From Eledone cirrhosa (taxonomy: Eukaryota), in assembly GCA_964016885.1 (NCBI GenBank), contig OZ024743.1, positions 231,322,001 to 231,386,000 of the forward strand: DNA of 64,000 bases, written 5' to 3'. This document shows positions 14,188 through 28,426 of the stretch, in pieces (within the stretch, counting starts at the first letter, position 1; every line of letters begins with the position of its first letter). The notes under the pieces are model-generated. The model did not search any database. It saw only the letters and a list, made by a program, of their open reading frames with translations, and had not been told where the DNA came from. The position numbers and the translations under genes are program-made.

Positions 14188-16628
14188 AAGATGAATATAA
14201 AATGAAAGTGCTTTTTTTAAAAAGGAATTTATTAGGTATTGACATATGTTTCTGTAACAGACGGAATACCTATGTATCGCTGCTTGTGTAATCATATAAT
14301 GTTAGCAAGTATTCGATAGCAAATGTATAATCAGTTATCACTTCTTCAGAGATTTTGGATAAATTGGATAAAATCAGAAACATTGAAGTATTTATATTAG
14401 TTGTAATAGAGGAAGAAGAGAGGGGAGAGTATATGACAGATGGTAATTCAATTTACAGCTAAACAAGTATATAAAGGATTTCTAATGAAAATACAATGAG
14501 TAAATGGTTTATTTTATCTAAATAAGAATTTTTGGGAGTGCCTATTTTAATATATACTTGACCAATTGAACAGTGGACAGGGCTGGTCATTTGGTGTAGT
14601 AGTATTAATGATAAAGTGTCAATTGAGGAAGGGGGAGATTTCGACTGCTACTGAATAACATTAATGTAGCCAGCTGGGGAATTGAATTAAGAAATCAGAA
14701 ATCTCATTTTATCTATAGCAGTTTATTATTAAATGGTAAATAATAGAAGAGTTGATAGAATTAAGACTAATAGAGAATGTTAATATGTATTTTGACAATC
14801 AAACGGAGATGGAGACAGGCGTTCAATCCTGGTAGTATTTGTAATATGAACATGTAGATTTTAAGCGATGGTTACAGTATAACGATCACTCTATTCTGTT
14901 ATTTAATAAAATGTTTTTGGATTTCATAATACAAACTAATTCCATATTACATAATTTACAAAATTCCTGTCCGTGGGATATTGAGGGGCCACGCTATTAT
15001 ATCCCATTTTAGGTTAAATAGTTGGTTATTTTCACGCAGCTGCCAAGCCTTGTCTGCGAGTGTTGTTACATAACGCTGGTTTTCATGTTTTATCGAGTAA
15101 CGATGTCTATAAAGGCGTGATTTGAAGGAGCTGGCTGTAGATCCCACATAGTACCACTTCTGTCTATCCGATTCGATAGTACATTTGTATATGATGTTGC
15201 GTTCAAGACACTGATTGTTCAACGGACACATTCCTGGTTGGACACAGTTACAGTTATAATTTTGCGTTGTTGTATTGTCATGGATGGGTTGATGAGGTTG
15301 CTTAGGTAGGACAGGATGTTGTTTGTTGTTTTGTGATGTTATAGCTAATGTTTTACGTGTATTGTTATGTGTTGGAAGGCGTTTATACAACCGTTTTGCG
15401 TTAAGCTTTTTTATATGTCGTTCAATATTAGGGGCGGTTGAATATGAAAGTCGAATAGTGTTAGGATTTAAGATTTTATTATATTTATGTGATGTTGGAA
15501 AGTGTTTTTTAACTAATCGAAAGAATTGTGAGGGTAGATTGGTTTTAATAGAGTTGTTATAGACCGGGTTGTACCAAATATACTCTTTACATCGCCTTCT
15601 GTTTGGTAGTGTGCGACTATTATTGTGTCTATTGCGGTAGTGTATGTATGGTGGTGATTCTGTGCTATTTCTACTCCTATGGGATTTATTTTGGGTGTTT
15701 TGGTGATCTCTGACTATATACTCTATATTATCTAGGTGTCCGGCTTTCCTAAGTGCATCATCATAATATTCGGCATGTTCTTTGAAGGTTTGTTGGTTGG
15801 ACGACAGGCGGGAGATTCTAAGAGAAACATTTCTAGGGATGGATTTAATTATAGAGAGTGGATGGTTAGAACTCGTATTTACATATTTAATGTTCTCATT
15901 TAGTTTATGGAACGGTTTAATCGTTTCTGTATTGAGATTCAAAGTAACATCAAGGAAATTGACCTCTTGAGGTTATATTCAAATGTAATATTTAATCCTA
16001 GTTCCTTAAAATGCTTTCTGATATTTTTACGCATCCTTTCTAAATTCTGGTTATTCATATGCTTAACTAATAGGAGCGCATCGTCACGGTAGATTCCACC
16101 GTGGAGATCCTTGAATTTTCCTTGTAGTCTGTGGGTGATATAAATTCCCACAAGATCTGTTACTTCCGCCGAATCATTGGAACCCATAGTAATATCAAAA
16201 TTAGAAGGTCTATCTTTGCGAACCCAGTAGCTATCATCTAATTTAACTATAGTTTTCCTCGCTTCCATAATAATTTTAATTTCAGCATCCGTAAGGTCGG
16301 AATTAGCCTTAGCGAACGAAAGAGCTTCATGTAGAGTATCAGGTGAAATTGAGGAATAATATTCATCAATATCAAACTGAATAAATTTTGATTTTTTTCT
16401 TATCAGTAATGTTATTAAACCATCTTATTGCTTCATGAGTGTTACCCCATAGTTTAATTTCTACTTTAACCTCAACTTGGGGGATAATTCTGTCTAGTAT
16501 ATATTTGCTAATTTTTGCCTATATCAGATTTAGAGGGGCATATTAGTCTAATTTTAGGGTTAGTATCGAAGTTTACCTTGTGGTCCTTCAGGTTGAAGGA
16601 TGGTATAGCTGGTGTTAAGAGTTGCGTT
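14185..16628 (-). mobile_element. Naiad-like PLE, 5'-truncated and frameshifted (RT + Zn finger + GIY-YIG + pLTR)
   Basis: Motifs KDHK..RLICPSKS, FIQFDIDEYYSSI, FDITMGSNDSAEVTDLVG, GIYRDD, WYNPVY, CNC..CPL..C, IIYKC...YYVGST. HHR-like motif at 14241-14349. Microsatellite flanks. The clade call is from recalled motif similarity. Confidence 0.9.
14956..16268 (-). pseudogene. PLE reverse transcriptase/GIY-YIG endonuclease ORF fragments
   Basis: ORFs 15939-16268 and 14956-15942 are joined by a frameshift. Confidence 0.85.
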
Positions 16629-16630
16629 CG

Positions 16631-16661
<31 letters not shown>

Positions 16662-17235
16662 ATGTGTGTGTGTGTATCTCTCTATATATATATATTTCTC
16701 CCTGTTTTCATATATATATATATATATATTGAGTGAATTTGAAAGACCAAAGATCAATATTTTTTATTGGAGAAGGTAAGATATTTTTTCTCAAAAATGT
16801 CATTGCACTGTTTTGTTTCCACTTATGTATTTTTGGAAAATTTTATTTATTAATTATAAAAATTAAATGATAGCATTCTATATGTAGGTGGGCCCCCTTT
16901 ATCTGACAACCAATATTGTTAGACCTAGTGCGCCACTGTATAGATATATTTATATTGCTAATCATATATATAGGAATAAGGTAAGCACAAATCATAGTAG
17001 ATTGAAATATCATAGAGAGGGGGGGGGGGGGTGCAACAGAAATGAAACATGGATTACAGGTTAAAATATAGTCTAGATATATGTGAAACAAAACGAGGAT
17101 ATAGTTTGTGGAACACCCAAATGATTTAGAAGTCGAATTTAAGTAGGAGCAACAATATTAGGAAGGCATGAACGACAACACAACAATTTTGAAAGTAGGT
17201 TTAGATGTATGAATTTTCATAAGATTTTCGTAGGT

Positions 17236-17305
17236 CTCTCTGTGGCCTAGCGGTAGGGCTAGAGACGGTGGAGATCCTGGCCTTGGGTTAAATCCTGGTC
17301 AATAG
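17236..17305 (+). other. Degenerate tRNA-like head (SINE head or tRNA pseudogene)
   Basis: A-box-like TGGCCTAGCGGT and B-box-like GGGTTAAATCC. Confidence 0.4.
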
Positions 17306-18032
17306 GTACATGTAACCTTTTTCAGTTTATATTTTACAACCAATAGACCAGTATCGAACTTCAGACAATATAAAATAGGTGCGCCCAAACGCATACAGCC
17401 AGAGCGATGATTAGACAATGTGAATAATACTTGAGAAAGTCGGGTAAAGAATCCAGTTTTTTCTGAAGATATACGACTACGAATGGAGTTCTATTTCCAT
17501 GAAACCATAGAAATATCTGAGGCTACATTAATCCATTATGTCCTTCAATTTCTAAATATAGAAGGTTGTTGTTTCTCAAAGGTTGACATGGTTGAGAGGC
17601 AAAGTAGAGATTACAACGCTGTTATTTTACCAATTCTACAAATCAATAGAATCTTAGTTGTCACTAGATTTATTATATTGATTTCCGGCTAATTAAAACA
17701 CTTATAACACTAAATCTAGTAGACATATGAATATTGAAGGGAAAACATCGGTTAGCTTTTTATATAGTGTCTATAAATATATATAAGTATTATGCATATA
17801 TATATATATAAGTATTATGCATATATATATATATAAGTATTAAATTGTTAAACAATATTTGATGATTATGTCAAAGAATGATTTTTACAGTAGATTGGAA
17901 GCGCTCAACGGTGGGATGAGGACGTACTGTTGTATATCCGAAATATGTATAATAAAATGTAATTGATCAAAATAACATCTATTTTATTAATACTTATATA
18001 TATAAACATATATATATATATAATGTGTGTGC

Positions 18033-18090
<58 letters not shown>

Positions 18091-18298
18091 GTGTGTGTGT
18101 ATGTGTCTATGTGTGCATGCGTGTGTGTATGCATGTGCATAGGGGGTTGTGTCTGCGCGCGCCTGATTGTGTGTGTGTATAAATCCGATTACTGTCCAAA
18201 ACGTTATTTCCTACGTTATGTTAGCTGATTGATTAATGATGAATGCTTGTTTCTTTTTGGTGTATATGCATATGGATGTTTGAAAGTATGTACATATG

Positions 18299-18398
<100 letters not shown>

Positions 18399-18683
18399 CG
18401 TGTGTATACATTCATACATTTATATGTATGTCTCTGAACAAATGTCTATGTATATATGTATTAGTCTGATGGTGTATGTCATCTTTTGTGACGGATGTAA
18501 TTCTTTCAACCGACAGGATTTTAATGTTAGATTTTCAAGGGAGTTACTGCTATTTGGTAAGCTGATGAATTTGAAAACGTTGAGCTGGTGGTGATGATGA
18601 TGATGCTGACAGCTATGATGAAGACGATGTTTATGATAAGGAGGGGGATGATGACGGCGCTAATGGTGATGATTATCGTGATA

Positions 18684-18770
18684 ATTGTTTCTACGTTAGG
18701 CACAAGGCCAGCAATTAACCAGTGCATTACTGGTACTTTATTTTATCGACCCGTAAGGATGAAAGGCAAA
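18684..18770 (-). mobile_element. SINE family A, 3' portion
   Basis: TTTCTACGTTAGGCACAAGG...TTTTATCGACCCGTAAGGATGAAAGGCAAAG. Confidence 0.8.
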
Positions 18771-19994
18771 GTGATAATGATAATAATGACAGACCTGATA
18801 AAATTAAGATGATGATGATGATGATAATAATAACGATGCTGACTTTGAGGGCGTGTTTTCATTCGTGAATCAATATTCCGAATGGATTTGGAAATGCACG
18901 AGCATACTTGCCCGAGGCAGAGTCCGCATGATCAGGTTATCCCTGATCCTTTTAAATCTCAAATTAATTCGAGTTGTAGCAATTTTGCCACCACAAATTC
19001 AATTGTTTACAAAATTGAGTTTCTATTGGGCCACCACAATAACATTAGGTAAATGTTGATGATTATGATGTTGTTTATGATGATGATGGCTGTAATCATA
19101 ATGATTGTAATAATGTGTGATGTACATGATGCTCTGGCGAGTGGTGGATATTGTCAATGTGGTACAAGTGATGGTGTTGTTACCACTGACAACAATCATA
19201 ATCATCATCACCGCCATACTCCTCATCATATATCGCATTGTACGCGATATGATATTTAAGTAAATATGTAAATAATTGAAACCTGAATAATGTTAGGCAT
19301 TATTGTATATGTTAATATTATGTAAATGTTCATCAAGTTGTTCTAAATATGTTGGTCACAATAATGCTAAAAAGCGTGAGAACAGAGATATTCTGTACAT
19401 TGAATGCCGTATACATTGATTCAACCCACGATAAAGTAAGAACTTCGTTACCGGCAATCACACTATTTTATTTCTCTAGATTTAAATAATATTTCCTCCT
19501 CTGATGCAATATTATTGCCAAACCTATTCTTCTTTTAACTACTCTTATTAAAGTAATATTTTTGGTGGAGGGTCAGAATTTTTTTCAGAACGACGTAATA
19601 TAAAAAAGTTGTAATTCTAGAAACTTATATCCAGTATATGTCAATCTAAATCTACATCATTGTCAAACTATCAATTTGATTTCACTGTAAAGCCCACGTG
19701 AAATGGAGTAATCTAAATTCCTTTATTTTAATTACGACTCCAGTTAACATTAAACACTGCATTTAAGCAGTTTTAGATATCGCTTCTATAAAAGTGGTGA
19801 TTTCCCGCTTCGTTGCGTAGTTTACTAATTAATGTCACATGCGCCATTTTATATTCAATTTAACGTTTATTCTCTAGAGACAAAATGTGAAAAAAAACTA
19901 ACAAAATTAAAAAAAACTAATTCATTTGACCACACTGAACTACCTTCAGCAATTAATTATTGCTTTTTGTGTCTCCTCGGTTGGATTGCATTTG

Positions 19995-19996
<2 letters not shown>

Positions 19997-20082
<86 letters not shown>

Positions 20083-20088
20083 CTCTCT
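19997..20088. repeat. (CT)n microsatellite
   Basis: Direct reading. Confidence 0.95.
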
Positions 20089-20519
20089 ATTTATTTTTTG
20101 TTAATGTGCGGTTCATTTTTGTTATCTATTTTTCTTCTCTCCTCTGAAATTGAATAACTGGCTTTAAGATATCGCGCAATTTATTAATGCTATCATTTTA
20201 GAGCCTGTAGCAAATGTTTAAATTCACAATTAAAGCAAATGATCAACAAACTTAAAATGAATTTTTTCAATCATTTAAACTGTATATTTTCTGTTGCTTT
20301 ATTCTTCAAATTTGTTTGGCGCAAAGAAGAATCTCCGGAGAGGAGTGTTTTGAATAATAATTTAGCAAAAATAACGAAAATATTGATTAACTCGTTGTGA
20401 ACTGTTACAATAATGTACATATATTTCTTATTCCGCATTGTTACAATTCATATGTCGTTCCAAGTTAAAGAATATACCATCGGTTATGATATCGTCCAGT
20501 AAGTTCGTCTATTCTTCTT

Positions 20520-20910
20520 GGCCCATTTATTCCTTCTAGCATGTCCTGTCAGAAGCAACCATCTCCAGCTGATCTAGCTGCATCTCCAAGTAAGACCAGC
20601 CGAGCTCATGGATGTTATCCAACCATCTTGCTCATGGTCAGGGTCTAGGTCTCCTGCCGTTTAGTTTTGCCCGTAAAATCTGTCCAGCGATTATTTCCGG
20701 AGACACTCTAACCATATGCCCATATTATCAGAGCTGTCAACTCTCAATTCGGAGAAGTAGCGTCTCTACCTGGAGTGATTCGCTGATCTCAGAGTTACGC
20801 ACTCTATCGAGTAACAGTACACCAAGAAACCTTTAGATGAACCTTATTTCGGCCGCTTGTATTCGCGATCGTATTCTTTCGGTCATTAACCGAAGATTCA
20901 TTGCCACAGG
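20520..20910 (-). mobile_element. RTE-like LINE 3' fragment (degenerate)
   Basis: AAEIRFI.RFLGVLLLDRVRNSEISESLQVE...YGHMVR...RARWLDNIHEL. Confidence 0.7.
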
Positions 20911-21163
20911 CGAAATATAAATATTTTCAACGGGGGACTCTAATTCGGGTTAACTATTGTGTAATTTCATATCGCATATAAGTAAATCCCAACTTAGATA
21001 ATATATGTGTAACATATGATATGTTTACTCTTACATAAATAGACGCATGTTTCTCTGCGTTCCTCATCAATCAAATCAGCAAACAGCCATTTGGTGACGA
21101 AATTGATGTCCATCAACAAAATATAGAAAACCATCAACATTTTATTAAAATATTATATATAAT

Positions 21164-21350
21164 TATTTCTACTTCTGGCACAAGGCCAGCAATTATCACA
21201 GTGTATTACTGGTGCTTTCTTTTATCGACCCCTTAAGAATGAAAGACAAAGTTAACCACGGGATTTGAACTCAGACCATAAATGGCCGGAACTCTCTTTG
21301 CTGCAAAGCATGGCGTCAGACCCTCTACCGATATTGCCAATCCACCGCCC
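21164..21350 (-). mobile_element. SINE family A with target-site duplication
   Basis: Family motifs present; flanking direct repeat AATATTATATATAAT at 21149-21163 and 21351-21365. Confidence 0.85.
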
Positions 21351-21865
21351 AATATTATATATAATAATGCCACTAGTAATCTGAATTGTGTTATAATTGG
21401 ATTAAGCGATCCATTTAAAGGTACTTTATTGATATTTAATAGAAATATATCTTCAGTTCGAAATCGGCCGAGATAAACATTGACTTAAATTAATAAAAGT
21501 AAATTACGAATAACCACAGGAGTTGATATATTCAAGTATTACAATACTCATGAATACGAGATGTATTAGTCATGTGATAATTATTATTGTTGAGTTAGGT
21601 CGAAGACTTAGTCAAATTCTAAATAAGCTTACACCATTAACGTTAAAATAGTGGGACATTTCCCACCACAAATCCTATAATTCGTTTTGATTCTGTGCGG
21701 AATAAAATAGTACAGTAACATCTTTAAAACACCGTGTTACATTGAAAGAGATTTTTAAATATACTAATAATTCAGTGTTAATCTTGAGGATTCATTGTTC
21801 TTTTAGTTATTGATTAGCTGCATGTCATCCTTACTAAAGTGTTCGTATTAATAGAAAGCATTCCA

Positions 21866-22052
21866 TAGGGCGGTGGATTGGCAGTATCAGTAGAGGGTCG
21901 GACACCATGCTTTCCAACATAGTTACGTCCCTTTATGATCTGAGTTCAAATCCCGCCGAGGTTGACTTTGCCTTTCATCCTTACGGGGTCGATAAAATAA
22001 AGTACCAGTAATGCACTGGGTAATTGCTGGCCTTGTGCCTAAAGTAGAAACA
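21866..22052 (+). mobile_element. SINE family A with target-site duplication
   Basis: Full A/B boxes; TSD ATTAATAGAAAGCATTC at 21847-21863 and 22053-22069. Confidence 0.9.
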
Positions 22053-22069
22053 ATTAATAGAAAGCATTC

Positions 22070-22275
22070 TTTGCAGCACAGAGTTTCGGAGGTCATGCTT
22101 TGCAGCATAAAATTACGCCACTTTACGGTCTAAGTTAAAATCAAACCGAGGTTACCTCTGCATTTTTATTCCTGACAGGGTCGATGACAGAGTACTTTCC
22201 CGTACTCGGGTCGATTTAATCGACTTCCCCCTCCCCCAAAGTTGCTGGCCTTGTGCCTATACAAGAAGCCATTAT
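22070..22275 (+). mobile_element. Older, longer SINE family A variant
   Basis: Degenerate head, GGGTCGAT body, CTGGCCTTGTGCCTA tail. Confidence 0.7.
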
Positions 22276-22422
22276 TAAAGGCATTCTGTTCCTGACGTTA
22301 CCGTCTGTTTCACTTGTACAATATGCCGCGAAAAACATCATACAGTGAATCCTTTTCTTATGTGATGGACGCGGGAAATTTGATATAAATGCCGTCTGCC
22401 ACCATTATTTTTCATGAGCCTC

Positions 22423-22607
22423 AGGCGGTGAATTGGCAGTATCGGTAGAGGGTCGGACACCATACTTTCCAGCATAGTTACGTCCCTTTACGGTCTGAGT
22501 TCAAATCCTGTCGAGGTTAACTTTGCCTTTCATCCTTACGGGGTCGATAACATAAAGTACCAGTAATGTACTGGTTAATTGCTGGCTTTGTGCCAAAAGT
22601 AGAAACA
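22423..22607 (+). mobile_element. SINE family A with target-site duplication
   Basis: TSD ATTATTTTTCATGAGCCT at 22404-22421 and 22608-22625. Confidence 0.9.
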
Positions 22608-24366
22608 ATTATTTTTCATGAGCCTAAGAGCCACGTACATCCCATCTCATATCATTGATTAATTTCAGTGAGTATACATACATATATATATACATGGAGG
22701 TTTACTGTAAACGTAAATTAAATATAACTGCGAATTATAAGACGTAGCTATTAACATGAGGAATTTGGGAGTAAGCACATTTAATTATACCTCCTTACAC
22801 AGAAAAACTTACGAGATAGCTCCTATACCTACATTTCAGACGTTATTGTCTTTCTACCTATATGGTTCAATGTATGGAAGAATATCCCTATATCACCTTA
22901 TATTTTAATAGTAATCCTATGGTCTGTTGTTTTTAATTATGAGGGACTAGTGTGTACATTATGCTTATTTCTAAATTTATGACGGTAGGGAATTGACCCG
23001 AAGAACGTTAACCTTTATTTCTATTAGTTTTTGTAGCTACCAAGATGTATCTCTCACTAGCTCATATTACGGTTTACATATTTATAATTCATTAATGGGG
23101 AATATCAAAATTGCTGTCTTTTCTAAGCAAATACCTCCGTATTACTTTCAGCAGTTGGTTGATGTTGTTCCTTAAACCTGACCCGCCCCTGATTGAGATA
23201 AACATTCATCAACGCAAATCTAGTGGTAACCATAATGTTTTTCATATATTGCAATAGGCAATATGTGTATTTAGATAATAGAGTGTGATTTTATGGAGAT
23301 TAAACAACCGTACAATGAGCAATGTTTCTATTCAACCAGTATACATTGCGTTAATGCGTTACGCAAATGGTGATATTTGGAATAAACATTGTTATTCCTT
23401 ATGAAATACACTTTAGTGTGTGTTGACGTTTACAACTTTCCATTTCTTTCCATTTTGGATTGACGGTTTCAGTTAAATATCGATTATTGACGAAAACTGT
23501 TTCGAAAAAATGTGTAAGTAAAATGAAAATAAAATGAAATAACTAAAGCCATCGCATCAGCTTTGGTGAGAAACTAGCAAATATAGTCATGTTTTTAAAA
23601 ATATACTTTGTCACATCTACGTAATCAATTCATGTAAGAGGAAGGAAAAATAATTAAAATGTTACTATATCAACAAATATTTTCTTAATATTGATATACG
23701 TATCGGCACACTGTCTCCTTCATCGAAAATATCTTTACACAAGAGAACCACATTTTTCTTAATTTTCCAATCGTTTTTGAAATCACTAAGAGATTGAAAT
23801 ATTTTTAAAAATTAGATTACAGGACATCACAAATTATTTCGCAAGAGTGATTCTTGCTGGATGAAGGATATGAGAGTATTAAAATACACAACATATTTAT
23901 ACATAGTTAGGTCCAAACATGCGAACGAAGACATAATGGTATTTCTGCATCATGTTTGTATCGCATTTCTCCAAATATATAATTGACACAAAATTGAAAA
24001 TTTTCAGTAAACGAAAATTGGAAAGAAAATTAAACAAGTTAGAAGCAAAGTTCTCAGTTTAGAATATAAAAATTCCCTTCTGCCTGAATAGTTTTCAAAT
24101 TTATTATTCGTTATCCAGAGATTTTTTCCTGGAAGGACTTAAAAAGTAAAGATTGATAATGTACTACCAAATTGACATGTATATATTTGCACGCGTATGC
24201 ATAACCGGACATAGACATAAACATTCTCGTGCGCAGTGATGTATGCACATATATACACACGTAAATGTTTAAATAAAGGACGAAAGTGATCATGATTACA
24301 GGTCTGTGTATATATATAGACGTAAGTATATTAATAGACGTGCGTGTGTGCGCGAGCCTATTAGCC

Positions 24367-24369
<3 letters not shown>

Positions 24370-24455
<86 letters not shown>

Positions 24456-24496
24456 GTATATATGTATGTATGTGTATATACATATATATATATATG

Positions 24497-24527
<31 letters not shown>

Positions 24528-24531
24528 GTAT

Positions 24532-24565
<34 letters not shown>

Positions 24566-24579
24566 GTATGTGTATATAC

Positions 24580-24610
<31 letters not shown>

Positions 24611-24652
24611 TATATGTAAATATATATATGTATATATATATATGTATGTATG

Positions 24653-24683
<31 letters not shown>

Positions 24684-24684
24684 G

Positions 24685-24743
<59 letters not shown>

Positions 24744-24860
24744 ATATGCACACACACAAATTGATATAGATGCATACATAAACATAAACATGCATATATA
24801 CATCACATATACATACATACACACATAAATACGTATATACAGATACACACACACACACAC
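24370..24860. repeat. Compound (TA)n/(TG)n microsatellite
   Basis: Direct reading. Confidence 0.95.
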
Positions 24861-25453
24861 ACAAAATGCAATAGCTCAGGAATCGACACAAATAGTAAAG
24901 ATATTATGTGATGTGAAATGTGAACATGAAAATTAACCAAGCAAATTACATCAAAAACACCTGTCATTCGACATGATAGCTTTTCCTATCAAACAATCTA
25001 TCTATCGCCATTTTGTTGACTTGCGGTCTCTCTTTTTTTAATTATCATTTTTATTTTATTTTACACAGCAAATCTTCATTGTGATGTTATTTCATTTACA
25101 ATTTAGAAAAAATAAACATCATTCTTCGGCACGCACAATAATTACTATGCAACTATCACGCTTAGTTAAGTTTACCATTAAACAATGTCGCACACATTCT
25201 TCTCTTTACTTCTGCTGACACAAACATAATAAAATGATATTATCTTTTTTTAAAGTAGTGTGTTTTATTATTAGTTTCTATGCCAAGATATTTTTTCAAT
25301 CTTACTTCGTGTATATATTTATCTTTAATTTACCAATATTTTGTATACATTTTTTTCGTTCTGTAAAAATTTACCTTTAATTTTCTCATTATATTCCGTG
25401 CACGTCATTTTATTGAACACAAATCTCAAAATAAATCAAACCTCTGATGCTCA

Positions 25454-25557
<104 letters not shown>

Positions 25558-26084
25558 TATGTGTGTACATGCATGCGAACATATATACATACAACTGTAA
25601 ATATATATACGTTACAAAGAGGGGGAGGGGGAGAGATAGATAGATAAATAGATGGATAGATGGATGAATAGATATATAGAAAGATAGATCAGTGGCCCTT
25701 CAATCCCCGAGGAACAATTATTATGGTAGCTGAAAACATTTGACAGAGAACAGTTTACTATGAAACATGTCTCCGTATCTGGGAGAATTTGACCCATCAT
25801 TGATGTCGCATTGGTTTAAATTGTTTCTGTACTCCTACTCCTGTTGTGCCTAATGGTCTATTTTTCGACACCAGTATATATTTTCTACTGCTAATATTTC
25901 TTTTATCGTTACCGTAATCTTGAAATGCAATTTCGGCCTCTACATGATTTGAACATAGAACATAAAAAGGCGGACTACATAGCACAGATATTTCTTATGA
26001 CATTTTCTTGCTGCATATGCTTGTATGTATATATATATATACAAAGTCTTAAAACGATCAAATTTTAGTTTAGATCATTTATTA

Positions 26085-26129
26085 GCTGACAATTGTTTCT
26101 TCCAGGGGGAAGTCTGGAATCATCGGAGC
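26085..26129 (-). ncRNA. Hammerhead motif, variant core CCGATGA, in pLTR-like insert 26040-26990
   Basis: GCT-CCGATGA-TTCCAG...CTGGAA-GAAA-CAATTG-TC-AGC. Confidence 0.7.
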
Positions 26130-27011
26130 ATAAGGAATGTCGAAAACCTGCAACTAGAATCCTAGTCATTTAGAACATTTTGGGTACATAGTTGTTATTA
26201 GTGTCAAAGGCTTCATGTGGAGATTCAGGAGTTAAAAAGATGTTCCGCCTGAAATAACTCAATTACAGGCAGCACTGGTCGGAAGTGTAAGTTAAAGTTA
26301 AAAGCACAAGCAAAAAAGTCACAAGCAAAAAAACACAGGGAAAGAAGTTATAAGCAAGGACAATTGGTGTACAATGCAGGAGTCAATACAGTCAATAATC
26401 ATGTATGAGGAAAGAGTTATAATGCAGTTGAAATAAACTTATTTTGTGTGAGGTGTTAAAGCATGTTATATTTGTTATAAACATTTAAGATAGTGTGCAA
26501 TTTTTTAGAGAGGCGCGTGGTGATAATGTAGGTATGTTTTATGTAAGGTGTAATGTAAAGCACTAGATAGAGTTGGGTATGTGATTTTCATTTAAGTGTT
26601 TTTGTGTTGTAGTTAGTATTGTTGTGCATGTGTTGTTTGTTACTCACAGCTATTAACCATGGGATTATTTTAAGTCGGTTATAGTCAATAGGCGTTTGTT
26701 TGTTAATTGTAAATTCCTCCGAATTACTGGCCGTGTTGTTATAGTAGGTATATTATCTCATACATTTTTTATCTGTAAATTATCTTTTCTAAGGTTTGTA
26801 TTAACCGTTATTAAGCTGTTGGTAAACCGTTAGGTTACTTAATTTTATAAAATGATTTGATCGTTTTAACACTTCGTATCTCGGCTCTGTAAAACACTCG
26901 AAAATTTGCATTGAGCCTTTTGTCATACCGGTAACCGGCTAGTACTTAGTACTACCCTACATATTTATAGTTATATCAAACATCTATAAATATAAATATA
27001 AATATAAATAT

Positions 27012-27049
<38 letters not shown>

Positions 27050-27745
27050 GGGGGGGGGGCTGTGTGTATGTGTATATATATATGCATGCAAGTGTACACA
27101 CACAAGTGCACATATATATTGTTTATATGCATGGATTTATATATAACATGAAGAGAATCTAAGTTTGGTATAATTTCCTTTTCGACTATGACGAGCATGA
27201 ATATGTTAAAATTCCTGATATAGATGTATGAATGAAAACATGAATTAAATCTAAATAGAAATACAGTATAATATAATACATAGATGAGGTAATGATGGAA
27301 TAAAATATTTTTTGGAACACAACAGAAAATATATAACATGGGAAATTATTTTACAAAATATTATTTTAATGTGAACGGGTGTGAAAAAACAATTTACACG
27401 ACTTTCTATTATCGTAAACTTAAATAGGAATGGTATTCCTATAGAGATTATGGTGCGTGCTGATGACTGCCCTCTTTGGTAAAGTGCAACTGATATAGGT
27501 TCACAGTGAAGATGTGCTTATTAACATGCACACTAACGAAAATGTCGGTAGATAGATTATTTGTTAAGAAAAGGAATTCGACATATGGAAGTGGTTCTAC
27601 GAATGGGATATCTTGCCAAATCCTTCATGTTTACATCAGAAAATTAAACATCATATGTGTGCATAAATGAGAGCTTCTCTTTCTCTATAAATCTCTCTCT
27701 ATATATATACATTCGTTAATATCCATATGTGTGTGTGCGTTTGTA

Positions 27746-27780
<35 letters not shown>

Positions 27781-27784
<4 letters not shown>

Positions 27785-28003
27785 ATGGAGGCGTGGTAAG
27801 GAACGAGGCCTGGTAAGGAACCAGAAGGACCACACCGCACCAGAGTACTCAATACTTAGGGTAGTAGAGTGGGTAATAGGAAAATGTTTAACCCCAACGG
27901 CAGAGCTCAAGCCGTTTCGACGGCTATTTCTGGACTCGCTCTAGTCCAGACATAGTCTTCGAAACGGCTTGATCTCTGTCGTCGGGGTTAAAAATTTTCC
28001 TAT
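27781..28003 (-). mobile_element. Family E pLTR fragment with fold-back hairpin
   Basis: Arms at about 27877-27936 and 27943-28003 are inverted copies. Confidence 0.8.
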
Positions 28004-28165
28004 ATATATACTTTGGGAGGGTCATGTTGCCAATAAGAAACACACGCACCAGTTGCTTTCACTTCAATTTATTATATATTTATAAATTTATATATTTACA
28101 AATCTACAAACTTTTAAATTTCTGGTTGGTTGGTTGGTTCCACAACCAGATAGTTGTTTATATAT

Positions 28166-28210
28166 AGTCATAGTCCTTTCGTCACACACTCTGTGACCTC
28201 TTCAGTGACT
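28166..28210 (-). ncRNA. Minimal hammerhead ribozyme (pLTR copy 1)
   Basis: AGTCA-CTGAAGA-G-GTCACA-GAGTG-TGTGAC-GAAA-GGAC-TA-TGACT. Confidence 0.85.
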
Positions 28211-28426
28211 GGGGATTCCTTTCTTTGTTTCTGTGCCTTTCCTTTCTTCTGTCCTACGCCATTTTGTTTCTGTGTGTGTGTTGTGTGCTCAGTTTGCGCA
28301 TGCGCCACATCCGGGTGTCTGTGTGTGTTTGTGTTCATTTATCTATTTGTTTATTTATTTATTTATTTATTTACATGTTGTTGGTTGGTTGTTTGTTCTA
28401 TGTGTGTGTGTGTTTTCATTTTGTCC

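Noticed and set aside
16740-17760. Possible ancient RT remnant on the minus strand
   Set aside because: Only faint motif resemblance; not supportable without a profile search.
23170-23240. GC box and X-box-like motifs as a host promoter
   Set aside because: Short motifs expected by chance; no linked exon or CpG-rich region.
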